DNA of 56,925 nucleotides, the filler included, from Sluysia triapertura (lineage: Eukaryota), in assembly GCA_046118255.1 (NCBI GenBank). It is 4 parts of 4 records of this genome, joined end to end, with 100 filler letters (N's around TTAATTAATTAA, not from the genome) between each part and the next. Parts side by side here need not be neighbours in the genome. Positions count along the whole stretch, not along the records: positions 30,488 to 45,074 come from JBJNIA010254523.1; positions 45,175 to 56,925 come from JBJNIA010173476.1; 2 more parts are not named here. The stretch is one strand, 5' to 3'. Made by a program: the position numbers and the translations under genes. A model generated the notes under the pieces. That model was given only the letters and a program-made list of their open reading frames with translations. It did not search any database and was not told where the DNA came from. This document shows, piece by piece, positions 38,188 to 50,614 of the stretch. The stretch's first letter is position 1. Every line of letters starts with the position of its first letter.

Positions 38188-40380
38188 AAAATGAACCATT
38201 CATTATTTGCATCTTTATTTTCCATTGCAAACTGTCTTAATAACGAAACATGCCCCGTCGTTAAAACTGAATCAATTATCAAAATATTAACTTCTAAAAA
38301 TATTCATTAAAATTCTGTTTGAAATAAAAGAAAGTAAATTTTGTTTGGATCGCTTTGAGAAATAAATCCAGTATATGTATACATGTATTCATTTTGCGTG
38401 TGGAGGGCAATTTGTTTTGTTTAAATAATACTTGACAAAAATAAAATGCAACTGCTTCTCGAATTCGAATTCATCGTACTTTCTTATTCAATAATTTTAT
38501 TATATAATCGAGATGTTGGAATTTTAACTAAAACATATTTTCTGAAAACATATATTAAGAATTAAGATATATAAAAATATTGTTTGAAATTTTTATATTA
38601 TAATTTTCTTATTAAAATAACTTCATAATAATTATAATAATAATTTGGATTTGAGACACTCGAAAATTATATGGAATAATCGATTATTAATCGTGATATA
38701 ATAGACTAAACATTTGGTGTAATTTTTGAAAGAAGATCTAAAATGCTTTTAATGTGGTGTTGTGCAAGTTCGATGGTTATTTGAAAATGAGAGTAATAAT
38801 AATTTTTACAAGTTAACAATTCGAAATAAGTTTTCGAATACAATTCATAACTTTTCCGTGAGGTAACTGTGGTGTCCCAGACATTTGTAATACTTATATT
38901 ATCACGCACATTCATAAACTTACACAAAACTCATCCAAAAATACATCTTATATCTCATCATCTCATGACATTTAAAACAACATAACTTATACATTCAATT
39001 TAAATTACAAATATTATAATTTATTATTACTGAAATTATGAAATATATTTTATATTGCATGTAATTCTCAATAACGCCCTTATCGAGTGGTTTACCCTTC
39101 TTACATTCTTATCTAAACGTTTTTTCTATTTAAGTTTTATTTTGTTGCTTCATAAGGTCTAATAGTCTACATAATAAATCTAGCATGAATAACCAATAGA
39201 AATCTTATTGTTCAATTCAAAGTTGTCTGTTCTATCGTAAGCCTAAGACAGAGCAGCCTTCAGAAAGTCTCTATAAACATAAATCTGACGAAAGAGTTCT
39301 TAAAACAGAAATAAGCGAAGTTGAAAAAGGTCTGAAAGAAACATCAAATACTCAGACAGCCTAGGATCGGATTCATCAAATTAATACAGTAAATAAACAG
39401 TCAACAGTTGCATCAGTTTTACTGTGCTAAATCAATATTTATGTGGTTACTTTTACATTATTATATGCATATTGTTTGTATTTAAAATTTTCATTCTTGT
39501 GTTTTTTTGTAACATAATGCTTTGCAAAGTTCTTAATTCTGCAGGTACAATAAAGTAAACGCTCTGTTATTACCATATTTCTACTGCGTTTGATTCCGCG
39601 AATTTGGGTTTGAAAAATATTCGAGTTGTACCTGCAATATGTTAATTAAATTTTGTTTAATGTAAATTGATGCTTGTATTAAGTTCCATTTTCAATGATG
39701 TGCTATTTTTTTGTGCAAAAATCACGAATTTAAAAAACGATTGGCTATGTGTTCCCGAAGAGAATCTCCAAGATATTTTATAGCTAAAAAGTCAGACCCA
39801 AACTATGCGAGTACTCATTGGTAGAGAAGTGCTCTTTGGTTTAAGAGCGTTCCTTCGTCGGTGGATGTTGAAACTATTCTTGTTATCGGTGAAGATATTG
39901 AATTATCTCAAGAGAAATTGGAATAATTTAAAGATTAAGATGATTTAGAGGGTTGCGAGGGCAGCTAGCAAGATTATCATCACAAATTAGTATCAACAAA
40001 ATTTGATGAAAAGCTTATTCTTATTAAATTATATAGACGTACTTCTGAAACCTGTTATTTATCATTTATTATTTGTGTTTAATTGAATTTATATTTATTG
40101 TTTTATTTTCTTTTTGAATTAATTAGACAATTAAATTGTTGTTTTTGACAGATCCTAAATAATAGAATTAAAAATTGCCTTGAAATGTATTATTAATAAT
40201 TTAGATTATAGAACAATTGATAATAAATCAAATTTTATAGAACTAAGGAAAGTTAGAATAAAAAGGAATTAAGAACGAAATTCATGAGCATTGTTCACAA
40301 TATTGAACAATCACTACATGATAATTATCGTATTTATTATATCACAATATTAATTTTAATTAGAAATAATTAATAATAAT

Positions 40381-40384
<4 letters not shown>

Positions 40385-40430
<46 letters not shown>
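40385..40430. repeat. (AAT)n microsatellite
   Basis: Pure AAT run. Confidence 0.95.
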
Positions 40431-40433
<3 letters not shown>

Positions 40434-42061
40434 TTGTTAATATTTATCACTTTAAAATATTAAAGTATGATGAATATTTTGCAGATGATTGATTTGGCGA
40501 GTGTTTATTTTCTGAATATCAAATCAGAATTGTAGAACATTTTGTTGAATGAGAATATCCCATTTGATGAAACGATAACAATGATTATTTAGAAAATATG
40601 GAAAACAATTTGTTTTAAAATATAAATAAACAATGAAAATAATAAACAATGGGTTTAATCGTTTAGTTTTCACCATAATGTAAGATTGAAGTATAAATAG
40701 ACTCTTATTTCAACAAAATTCAATTCGACGTTGTACTAATTGAAATTAAATGAAACAATATCAATAACGATTAGTGCAAATGTTTCAAAGATCAAAATAA
40801 TTAAATTTAGTTTTATATTTATTTAATTAATTAAATATTAATTGTATTGTTAAAAAGTGTAAATATCAATTAAATAATATATCAAATATTCGAAAATTTA
40901 TTAATAAAGGATCAGCTAAACTTATTGTTCATTCATTGATTTTAACAATGGCTTATTGTACTCAATTTCATATAGAAAAGTGAAAAATTACACTTAGTAA
41001 TTAATCAAGCAGCAAAACTAATTCTCCTCCAAGTTGGAAGAACATCTCATGTAACACCTTATATCATAAGGAATTTCATTGGTTGCCAATAAAAGCAAGA
41101 ATAGAATTCAAAATCATGACAATAATTTACAAATGCGCTTACATTACGGAAGTTCTGGATATCTTTTAGAAATAATAAAAAATCCTTGGAAATGAAGATG
41201 AATATTTCATTGAGACATAATAATTGTGGTGGCCAACTCAATATTTTAATAATGTACAATAAAATAACTTTTCAGAACATTTCACAATTCTTAATACTTT
41301 CTAACATATACTTAAAAATTAATTCAAAACATTGCAAATTTAATTCAACATATTGCTCATGAAACCACATTCCATAACGCTTTACCTATTATACTATTAA
41401 AACCTTTTATATTTTACTTCTTTTAGATCCGTTAAAATCATTTTCATATCTCCAAACATTTTAAATCGCCAGCGATATTAATAAGACAAATGATGTTTCA
41501 ACGAATTATTAAACCCAAAATTCAGAAACTTAGTTTATCTAAAAAAAATTTATCTGTTTGATAAAATATATGTTTACTATTCATTTAGTAATAATTGTAC
41601 TATGGAGAAAATTTTGAAAGATGAATTCAACGAAGTTAGGAAAGTAATATTTATTAAAAGAAATTGTTATCCTGCTTTGTTAAAAGATATAACGAAATTG
41701 ATGCAAACGAAATTTAATATCAATGATGAGCATTTTAAAACTTGCCTATTCAAAATTATAACATATAATTTAATGAGTATTCATTTGACTTGTGTGGATT
41801 ATAATCTTGTCCGTTATTTAATATCATCATTGGACATAAGACATCGTCAGTGTTCAGAAAGCAAATTAAAAACATTATCTATTAATAAATTAATACTTTG
41901 TCATGTTAATACTTGTGGATTAGCATATAAGTGAGATGTTCAAAACATTAGTAGAAGAAATTCGATGACAGTATTTTTTCCAACTAAATTTAAACTATTT
42001 AGTTCAATTCCTGTTCGTACCTTGAAGTATAGAATGACTAAAGAAAATAAAATTATAGATA

Positions 42062-42183
42062 CACCTATCCCCCGATTTATACGGTAGATACGTTCCTGAG
42101 AAAAACGTAAAAAAACTTATTTGGAAAAACGATAAAAACAAAAAAAACTTATTTGGAAAACCGTGTAAATCGGGGGATAGGTG
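42062..42183. mobile_element. 122-bp Tc1/mariner-superfamily MITE
   Basis: TIRs CACCTATCCCCCGATTTATACGG ... CCGTGTAAATCGGGGGATAGGTG, flanked by TA on both sides. The internal motif AAAAAAACTTATTTGGAAAA occurs twice. Confidence 0.92.
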
Positions 42184-42256
42184 TATTTCTATCGATATAA
42201 TTTTAACATTTCGTAAATTAGCTATTGCAAATATAGTAGATATCCATTCATTAGTT

Positions 42257-42610
42257 ATGACCAACGAAATGAAATCATTAGAGACATTGCCAAACGATCA
42301 TTCAAAAGTTGACTGATTTAAGTCGTTGAACAATATTAACAAAATTCTACAAGTTGCTCTCTATCCCTATATGCCCACTCCGATCGGTATATGTTACAAA
42401 TACGGCAAAAACTGCGTTTACGGCCAAAATATTTTAGAATTCCGTGATGTTCATATTATCATATTTATGAACATCAACTTTAGGAGTCGAAACTTGCTTG
42501 CAGAATCTAGTTTTCAATGACGAAAACAATGAAATGGTAATACTTGTATATTTTTACATGAATTTTAATAATCTAAATCATTTTTATTTCTTATATTTTT
42601 GTAGAATTAG
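42257..42610 (+). pseudogene. Decayed paralog of the single-CCCH gene
   Basis: MTNEMKSLETLPNDHSKVD*FKSLNNIN...ALYPYMPTPIGICYKYGKNCVYGQNILEF aligns with MTNKVTLLKTNLSNDKSKAVRFK...ALCLYETTQTGECSSYGKNCRYSHRFYEF. GT-AG intron at 42537-42604, then N-stop. Similarity continues to ~42840. Confidence 0.75.
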
Positions 42611-42898
42611 TCATGAACATCCTGAGTGGCATAATCGGAAAATAATGAAACAATTAATAAATATAAATTTGTTGAAATTACATTTTGTAGAAATAAATAA
42701 AGTTAGCTCTTACTTTTTATCAATAATTTTTGAAAGAAATAATTTAAACTTTTTTGTAAAATTCTTAAATAAATATAAATTTAACACTATCTTTCAAGTA
42801 TTTCCCATATTTTTATTTAAAATTAAATTAATTCTCTCGTAAATAGATTATAAAATACATATTGTAATATTTAATAAAGAATTAATCACAGCAACATT

Positions 42899-43075
42899 AC
42901 AATAATAATCTGTACAGAATCCACATTGATAGTAAGAGCTAGATGATAGGTTATATACAGTTTATGTTTCAAAAATATACAACCAGGTATGTCAAATTAC
43001 TGGAAGATTATGAAAAATTTAAGAAAAAGGCAAAGTTGTTTCTGTTTCAGAAATATGGTGAATGATTTATTTTAA
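42899..43075 (+). mobile_element. 3' end remnant of a CR1/L2-group LINE
   Basis: SKIYN..VKLLEDYEKFKKKAKLFLFQKYG; homologous to 20299-20455. Confidence 0.5.
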
Positions 43076-43352
43076 ACGCTTTTGAGTACTTACTTTGTAG
43101 TAGATATGAGGGCAATATAAATTAATATATTATTATGGTTATTATCTTTCCAGCATAAATAATGTTATATTTTATTGTATCCATGTTCCATCAAGTTGAA
43201 ATAAATTTAAAATAAATCCAACTCCAAGTTATCAATCTTGACAGTGTAATTAATCTGGTAATCAGAATTAATTCCCCATCACATATTTATCAAACTCATA
43301 CCTTACAAATTGACACCAAAATATTATCGGCCAATGTAAACATGATATTTTC

Positions 43353-43432
43353 TGACTGATCAATGCACAGACCATATAATTGCACAGTTGTGAGGTAAAA
43401 GGTTCTGGGTTCGAATCCCGGTCAGTCCATTT
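43353..43432 (+). repeat. tRNA-like repeat (SINE head or tRNA pseudogene)
   Basis: B-box GGTTCGAATCCC in a T-arm, then TCAGTCCA-TTT. The 5' half is degenerate. Same 3' end as the copies at 50150 and 52152. Confidence 0.6.
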
Positions 43433-44092
43433 AATGAGGTTTAATAATATCATATGTAATTAATGATCTTTTCATCATTCTAAATATGAATAATTCAACA
43501 TTCCACAATTAAGAATTTATTAAATTTGCCTTTCCTTGCATGAACTCGGTCAAACCGTACCTTCATTGAAAGGTCTTCTTATAATAAATACATAAACAGA
43601 TTCAAATTTAACATAGTAGGACGGACAGTTTTTGATTTTCACGGACAGATTTACGAATTTACAATCAACCACTGGACTTGGATGATATTTGAGAAGAAAG
43701 TTAGTAGCTATATACATGTTTCAAGCATTGTGGAAAGATGTTATTTATCATCAAGTTGAAAATATTCTAAACTGCGGACATGATATACTGAAGATTGAAG
43801 AGCTTGTTCAAAATATAGTCATGCCTTGTTATCAAGATTAGGAGGTTCTACAGTGTGACCAAATTATCAGACCATTTTTCAAGGATACTATGAAACTATT
43901 AATCAAAAGTGCGTATAAAAACATTGTCACAGAAAATGTAAAATGTTGGAAAATAACTACTTTCTCCAAAAAATTATGGTGAAAGTAAAACAATAGATAA
44001 AAATACTGAGATCCAAAACATACAGAAATTTTATTCATGTAGAATGTGATAACACAATTTACCGCAAGTCAAATATGTACAAACAGTTGTAT

Positions 44093-44330
44093 CAGTACTT
44101 TGTTTGCCCTCCTTTGTTATCTAATAATTTCCTGATCCTTAAAGGCATGCGACAAATCTTTGATCTCTTCATCGTGATGCCATACTTTTATCAGGGTTTC
44201 AATGAAGTTGGTTTGTGGGTAGAGTTTCCAGGCCAGAGTAGCAAATATTAAGAAAAGCAAAGAAAAACATATTTTTCCTGTTTTAGTCTAATAATTTGGC
44301 CACCACCTTCACCGTCTGATTCCTTTTTCT
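44093..44330 (-). mobile_element. Tc1-like transposase C-terminal remnant
   Basis: Minus strand gives WPGNS, LIKVW and MPLRIRKLLDNKGGQTKY*, typical of the Tc1 motifs WPxNSPDLNPIE and SMPxRxxxVxxxKGGxTKY. Confidence 0.75.
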
Positions 44331-45005
44331 ACTTCTTTATATTAACAAATGTATCTATTTGTCATTTTTTCTTGACATTTAATATTTTAATATTAGTAAA
44401 TTTGTATACTGTGCAGTTTTAATAAGACTGCATCTTTCACAGTCGCTTATATATTAAGGATGAGAAGGGAGTTGTCTTAAATATGCATGTTCCATGATCT
44501 TGATGATTATCTGTCATTATTTGCAGTTCTTAAATAGTGGATTAGTTATTTAATTTAGAGTACGTGCACTGCACAAAGCATAGAACCTTCTTAGGAATAA
44601 CCATGGTAACCATGTAATATTACACAGAACATTCTTCTATTAATTATGTAAGTATGGTTGGTTGTCATATTAAGTGATAGCAGATCGTAAGAGATGTTCT
44701 AATGATTCGTGACACGTTTCGCATTAATTGACCATTAAAACCCTCGTAGGTACCTAAGTTTCATACATACGCAAATACAAATAATCATCTTTTGAATGAA
44801 CAGTGAAAAATTCATTTTCCAATTAATTAACACCAAATCCCAATTTAATACAATATTCACTTTAGCCAATAAAATCACTCTAACATTCGTCAAACTAATT
44901 CGATATAGATGATAAAAACGTATTTTAAGTGAGATATATTTGAAGGAGATGGAAATAAATAACAAATGAATTATAATTGGAGTTGATTTTAAATTAAAAA
45001 ATAAA

Positions 45006-45007
<2 letters not shown>

Positions 45008-45074
<67 letters not shown>

Positions 45075-45174
45075 NNNNNNNNNNNNNNNNNNNNNNNNNN
45101 NNNNNNNNNNNNNNNNNNTTAATTAATTAANNNNNNNNNNNNNNNNNNNNNNNNNNNNNNNNNNNNNNNNNNNN
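45008..45174. repeat. (AAT)n microsatellite running into an assembly gap (45075-45174)
   Basis: AAT run followed by an N-run with linker. Confidence 0.95.
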
Positions 45175-45908
45175 AAGAAATTTTTCTTATAAATTCTAAA
45201 TTTGATACATCAGAATTATAGGATCCTTTGTTGAAAATAATGTACTTTAAAGAGACAAATCTCAAACTTCGGAACGAACTATGGTGGTAAAATCCATTAG
45301 TTCTTATTATATTACAAAGTCAGTTGACAATAATATAACTTTCCCTCGTAATACAATTAACAATTCATTATCTTGCTATAGTTAACATTTTAAAACTTTC
45401 GAATTCGATTTTCAACAGTATATAGTGATAATGAAATTCGCATATATAAACCTGTATATATCTGTAATACACATTTTATGGATATTAAAAGGATTGAAGC
45501 ATGCTACATCTGGTCCAATAAAAAAAGCCAATAAATGAAATACAACTGCCGAAAGCCATTGTATTACAGAAACTATTTACTTATCACAATTTGATTATAT
45601 TAACAAAGCATTTCTTCGAATTGGATATGCAATCAAAATCATCGAACATTATTTCGAACATTATAACTTATTTTCTAATATTGTATATATTGTATCTGCT
45701 AGTCAAAAACTTACAAATGATTTAATAATGATTTAATTATTTTTGCAATCGACAACATGAATAAGAAAATTTACATCGCTTATCTGAAAATAGAAAGTTA
45801 TCCAGCTTGTAGCAAATTATCATTGCGAAGGTTTTTTCATTACTACTTTTCAAAAGATTAACTAGATTACATTTTATGATGAAAAAATATGATTGATATT
45901 ACTAAAAA

Positions 45909-46089
45909 AGAAGAAACAGTAGTAAATTATTAGGAACAACAGTTGAGATAGCTAATAAAGTTGGTGCTGTTGTTGATCATTTAAAAGATGATTCTGAACC
46001 ATACCGTAAAATGGTTATTGAAATGATAGGAAAAATTACAGAAACTTAAGTTGTTGAAACTATTGATATCAGATTAGAAATTAGATTAA
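45909..46089 (+). pseudogene. SF3B1: Splicing factor 3B subunit 1 HEAT-repeat fragment
   Basis: [56 protein letters not shown] matches [20 protein letters not shown]..IVDDLKDExExYRKMVMETIEK, with a short in-frame deletion and a stop. Confidence 0.9.
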
Positions 46090-48019
46090 AATTAGATTGG
46101 AGAATTTTCAAATGTTAACTGTGAAGAAAATTAAGAATTTTGTTAATTTTATTGTGAAGAAAAGTTGGATCACTACAATTTTAGAAGTTTTGTATCATTT
46201 AAAACGTTTTCAAAAATTATTTATTCATTATAATACTTTAAAAAGAGCTGTTTTATCAAGAAAACCAATTTAGGACAATATAAAATTCAAATTGCATTCA
46301 ATGACATTCTTCTATTAATCAACCCAACAAAAAAAGTATTATTAAATTTTGAAAAACGAATTTATGATTGGTGATCTATTATAATCATTTTTATTGGATG
46401 TTTCAGTTGCGTTTAAAACATTGATAATTTCATTTTCCATTAGTTTATGAAAATTAAATCAAGAGACCAATTCGAAATTTCGATACTTTCTTTATCAAAA
46501 TGATTATGAGATAGATTATGATATTATTTAAAAAATTATTTCAGAAACATGTTCAATTAATTATATAGTGGTATTATATAGTGGTATTTGGCTATATTTT
46601 AAAATTAAATAAACGCTTAATATTTTAAATAAAGTTAATACATCTCTTTCACAAGAAAAGCACGAATAATATCTTCTTTGAAATTATTAGAAGTTCAGAA
46701 CACTATAGTTAATATCAGATGAAAATGGTATATTAACAAATCGAAATTCAAGAATTTTTTGGTTAATACATTTTTGAAGAAAAATAAATATAAAATCGTT
46801 TCCGAATGTAATAATGATTCAACAGAAGCAAATTTGAATGTTAAATAATACATTTCCGGAAATTAATTTTGTTCTTCATAAATGTTAGATTAACCATATC
46901 TATCGTTTTTATAAAATTGAAGTTGATGTTGATTTTTTGTTTTTTATTGGTTGAACTGCAATAAAATTTTGCAAAATGTTTCACAAGGCCGACTTTGCAT
47001 TCAAAATTTGTGTTAAAATAATAAATTTTCAGCAAAACAACAATGAGGATAACATATGCAACTTAATGTATAATACATACAGGATTAGAAAAGATAATAG
47101 ATTTTGTGATATTATTGGGATGAGTGAGAAACACATAAGAACTATAAAATGAAGGAAAAACTGATACAAAATGATAGATTGAACATTATTAACATTGTTG
47201 AAATAAGAATCATTAAAATGAAAACATCTACAGTAATATTAACAACTAAAGAATATATTCGAGTTCCAAAGATCTGTATAAGATGTTGAGACCTTGTGGA
47301 AGTTTGAGATGTACTTTGAAAACATTTAAAGGCAATAGGGTATCTTTGAACTTCTGAACCTTGAGATCATTTTAGACCTTACTGACCTTTATGTAATGTT
47401 GAAACATTGATAAGCATTTAAGATCTTTTAATAACCTTATAAATTAGTTTAAATCTTTAAAATACTAAAGAAATAAAATTACTGTTACTAATATTAAAGA
47501 TAAATTTGATATAATAATAATTAACATAAATAAATAGAGAAGGAATCAGGGAGGTGAAGGTGAAAACATCTAGAGCCTCCTGAATTCCTTATAAAGTACT
47601 GACAAACTTTAGGACCTTAATAAAACATTTAAACATAATATAAGTTTAAGTCTAAAAATAGATTAATTAATTAAAAGTTTAATTAACTTAATTAAGAAAA
47701 AATGCGTTTTTGTGAATAACGTTTGAGTGCGGAATGCTATATTAAATTTGAAACTGCGTATATATTTCGATGAAAGTATGGTTTGATCGAGTTCATGCTA
47801 GGAAAGCCTTAATATTGAGCAATGTCAAATTTTAATTAATTCATAATTGTGGAATGTTAATTTTTAATACTTAAAATGAGGAAATTGTAATGAATTGAAT
47901 ATGAGATTACTGATATGAAAGAGGGAAATGTAGAAGTGAATTTGAAATGTCTGTAGAGTGGTTTGTTTGAGAATAAGAATCTTAAACATTTTCTTTATTA
48001 ATGCTTATTAATGCTTTTT

Positions 48020-48354
48020 GATATTATCGCAAACAGTATTATAGCCAACACATTGATATCTGGGCTTAATGTGTTACATTGTATGCCAGCGCAACAAGCA
48101 AAGGCAAGACTGTAAGCATAATATGTATTTCATACTTACCATTCCCACTAAGACCTCGCTTAAGACATGTTGATAGTAGATAGTGGGTTAGTGGGACCAC
48201 TCCTGCAATACATATTTGCACTCAAACACGAAAATATTAAATAATAAATGTTACATAAAAAGGGCCAATTAAAAATTGAACAAATCTGCTCTAACAAAAT
48301 AAATTGTCGAGTTCGTTTCTCGATCAGTTCACTTTTGGGATTGTTTGTTTCCAT
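48020..48354 (-). pseudogene. Unidentified gene fragment retaining a 30-nt intron
   Basis: Consensus G|GTAAGT...TTACAG intron at 48139-48110 lies between coding-like segments, the upstream one containing stops. Confidence 0.4.
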
Positions 48355-48384
48355 CCTTTTGTTATTAAATTAAATTTGTTAGGT

Positions 48385-49380
48385 TGTTATCACAACCTTT
48401 AAAATTATATGATTTCTACAAAAGAAAATAATTTTATATAAAAGAAAATTAATTCCTAAAAAATGAAAATAGTTTGCGAAAAAAGAAAATAGTATTTTCT
48501 TAAAACTTTTTAGAATATTCTAGAAAATTATAGAATTCTAACCGATTATGATTGGCTGCTAATCACAAACGACAATTTAATTATACAATTCAGTGATATA
48601 ATTTTATCGATTTATTTATAATTTTGAAATTTATTCAATTTAGTAAAACAATAAAATTGGTACGTTTTATTTATTATAAGATCGATTGCACCCTTTGAAT
48701 GTAAATCTTAAAATTCGGGTCAAATTTTTAATGATAGGAATTATTTATATTTAAACTTCCAAGTACAAAGAAATTAAAGACCTTCAAATGATTTAATGTT
48801 AAGATATTACCTTTTATTTTATTATTTGCTTATGTTCTCATTCCATCTTATCTATATATTTGTTTGTTTATATATTCCTTTTTATTGTATTAATCTTGAT
48901 TGACATTAGGTTTGTGAATTAATCAAACTAAATTAATTAAACTAAATTAAATTAATTTAAATTAAATTAAGATTTAGTTTAAAATAGAAAGGTTTAATCG
49001 TATTATTGCACAAATTGGATGATAATAATAAGGTCAAATAATTCAAAAAAGATCTAAATCTCTAATAATTTGCCATAAATTATTAAAGCAATTTGTGTAG
49101 AATTAAAATTAGACCGTCAATCTGAGATCAAGTAGATTAGAGACAGGTACGTCCCCTCTACACCATAAGTTATGTGCTATAATTGGACCTTGCTAAAAGG
49201 TTAAGGATAAGAAAAATCACAACATGTATAATTCATGAATATACTTTAGAAATTAATATTTAACTTCAATTAAAATCATAATTAGTTAAATAAGAAAAAT
49301 TAACCTAAGAAATTTTTTTTAATCTATAATAAATCCTTTCGAAATTGAAACAAAAAATTACGGAGCTGTTTTATAGTACA
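48385..49380 (+). mobile_element. Possible solo LTR related to the 29190-29917 LTR
   Basis: Starts TGTTATCACAACCTTTAAAA (compare TGTCATCACAAACCTATTAAAA) and carries AGAATATTCTAGAA at a similar distance. The 3' end is uncertain and no TSD was found. Confidence 0.45.
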
Positions 49381-50149
49381 ATATATAATTATAACCAGTT
49401 GACAATATTCTGTTTATATATAATTTAATTGTCATATATATAATTTTTATTTTATAGTTGGTTTATTCATATTTTTAATGAATATGTTACAATATTATTT
49501 TCAATTATTTATTTATTAATGTAAGTATTTACAATTATTAAAAAATGTTATACCAACATTGTATTTGTTGGTACAATTTCTGTATTATTATTTTGCATAT
49601 ATTATCAATGTTTTTCTGTCAATAATATTATATTTTTATATTTTAATTATAGATTAAATCTACAATTTTGTAAATAATCGAAAATCAATTATTTCAGTAT
49701 TAAAATTGTTAAAAACTATAAGAATTGTAAGAACTTATGATATTTGACAGTCTAATATAAAATGATCATGAAACTATGTATCAAACATTGACTACTTATA
49801 ATGACCTTGGCTTAATCCATCATTATCACTACTAACTACCTGACGCCATTTACATTAATGATATAAAACATTGTCTTTAAAGTTGTTTGTCAATTGTATT
49901 AGACTTTCTTCTGTTCTAAAACGGTTTGGAGAATAATATATAAACTTATATAAGAACAGACCATACAAAATGAATTATATCTAAATATATTTGTATTTTC
50001 GAATTGTACTTAAAATTTATAAAAGTTTTCCAATTTTCTTTCAGAAAAGTGTTATCCTTTTTATTATTTTTATATTTTTATATTATTAAATGCGATTTTG
50101 TTCGAAACTCTCACATACAATACAATTTCTCAAACTACCATTCAATAAA

Positions 50150-50614
50150 TGGACTCATCGGGAATCGAACCCGGGACCTCAAAGTTCGATGATTCCATTT
50201 TGTCATTTTGATATTTATAATGAAGTTTAGCAACATCACATTGTTCAATAAATTTCCATCCATTCTTCGGTATGTGGTACAACACCACCTGATGCAGCAC
50301 CTCGATAAGTTGCATTTCTTTATCATTCACATCGAATGATGTGATAAGTGTCTGGAACTCCATAAGCAGACAATGCTTAGATAACATTATTTCCCCGAAT
50401 AAACAATCTGCTGCACCTCCTGCCATTGTTCCTAATAAATATTTCGATAACTTTCTTCAGTTTTTGCGATGCAATATAAAGTTGTTGTTCCTTGAGCAAT
50501 TTTTAATTGAATAAATATCGTGAACAATAAGTCTTCTTTGGGTAACCAAAACTTTGATTTTTGTTATCCTTAATATGCATTGGAAGGCTGTCTGACCACT
50601 GAGCTATCAGCCCC
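50150..50614 (-). repeat. tRNA-like repeat split by a ~400-bp insert
   Basis: 5' half GGGCTGATAGCTCAGTGGTCAGA (A-box) at ~50614-50592 and 3' half AGGTCCCGGGTTCGATTCCCGATGAGTCCATTT (B-box) at ~50180-50148. Confidence 0.7.
50200..50510 (-). pseudogene. PSMB5: Proteasome subunit beta type-5 pseudogene, internally deleted
   Basis: KIAQGTTTL|YIASQKLKKVIE / YLLGTMAGGAADC ... ATYRGAASGG / LYHIPKNGW...DVAKLHYKY are the beta5 motifs from the N- to the C-terminus of the mature chain, with large internal deletions and frameshifts. Confidence 0.92.

Noticed and set aside
37963-38310. Poly-Ile/Tyr/Leu ORFs here and at 10955, 16617, 50809 and 51806
   Set aside because: The homopolymer stretches are translations of (AAT)n microsatellites.
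41190-41260. ILSWPPQLLCLNEI resembling the Tc1 WPPQSPDLN motif
   Set aside because: A single short motif with no other transposase motif or TIR nearby.
48131-48141. ATACTTACC resembling the U1 snRNA 5' end
   Set aside because: No U1 body follows; it is the complement of a 5' splice site.
4560-50510. Alternative genetic code explaining the in-frame stops
   Set aside because: Stops align to different amino acids and co-occur with frameshifts and deletions. The intact gene at 36303 reads normally.
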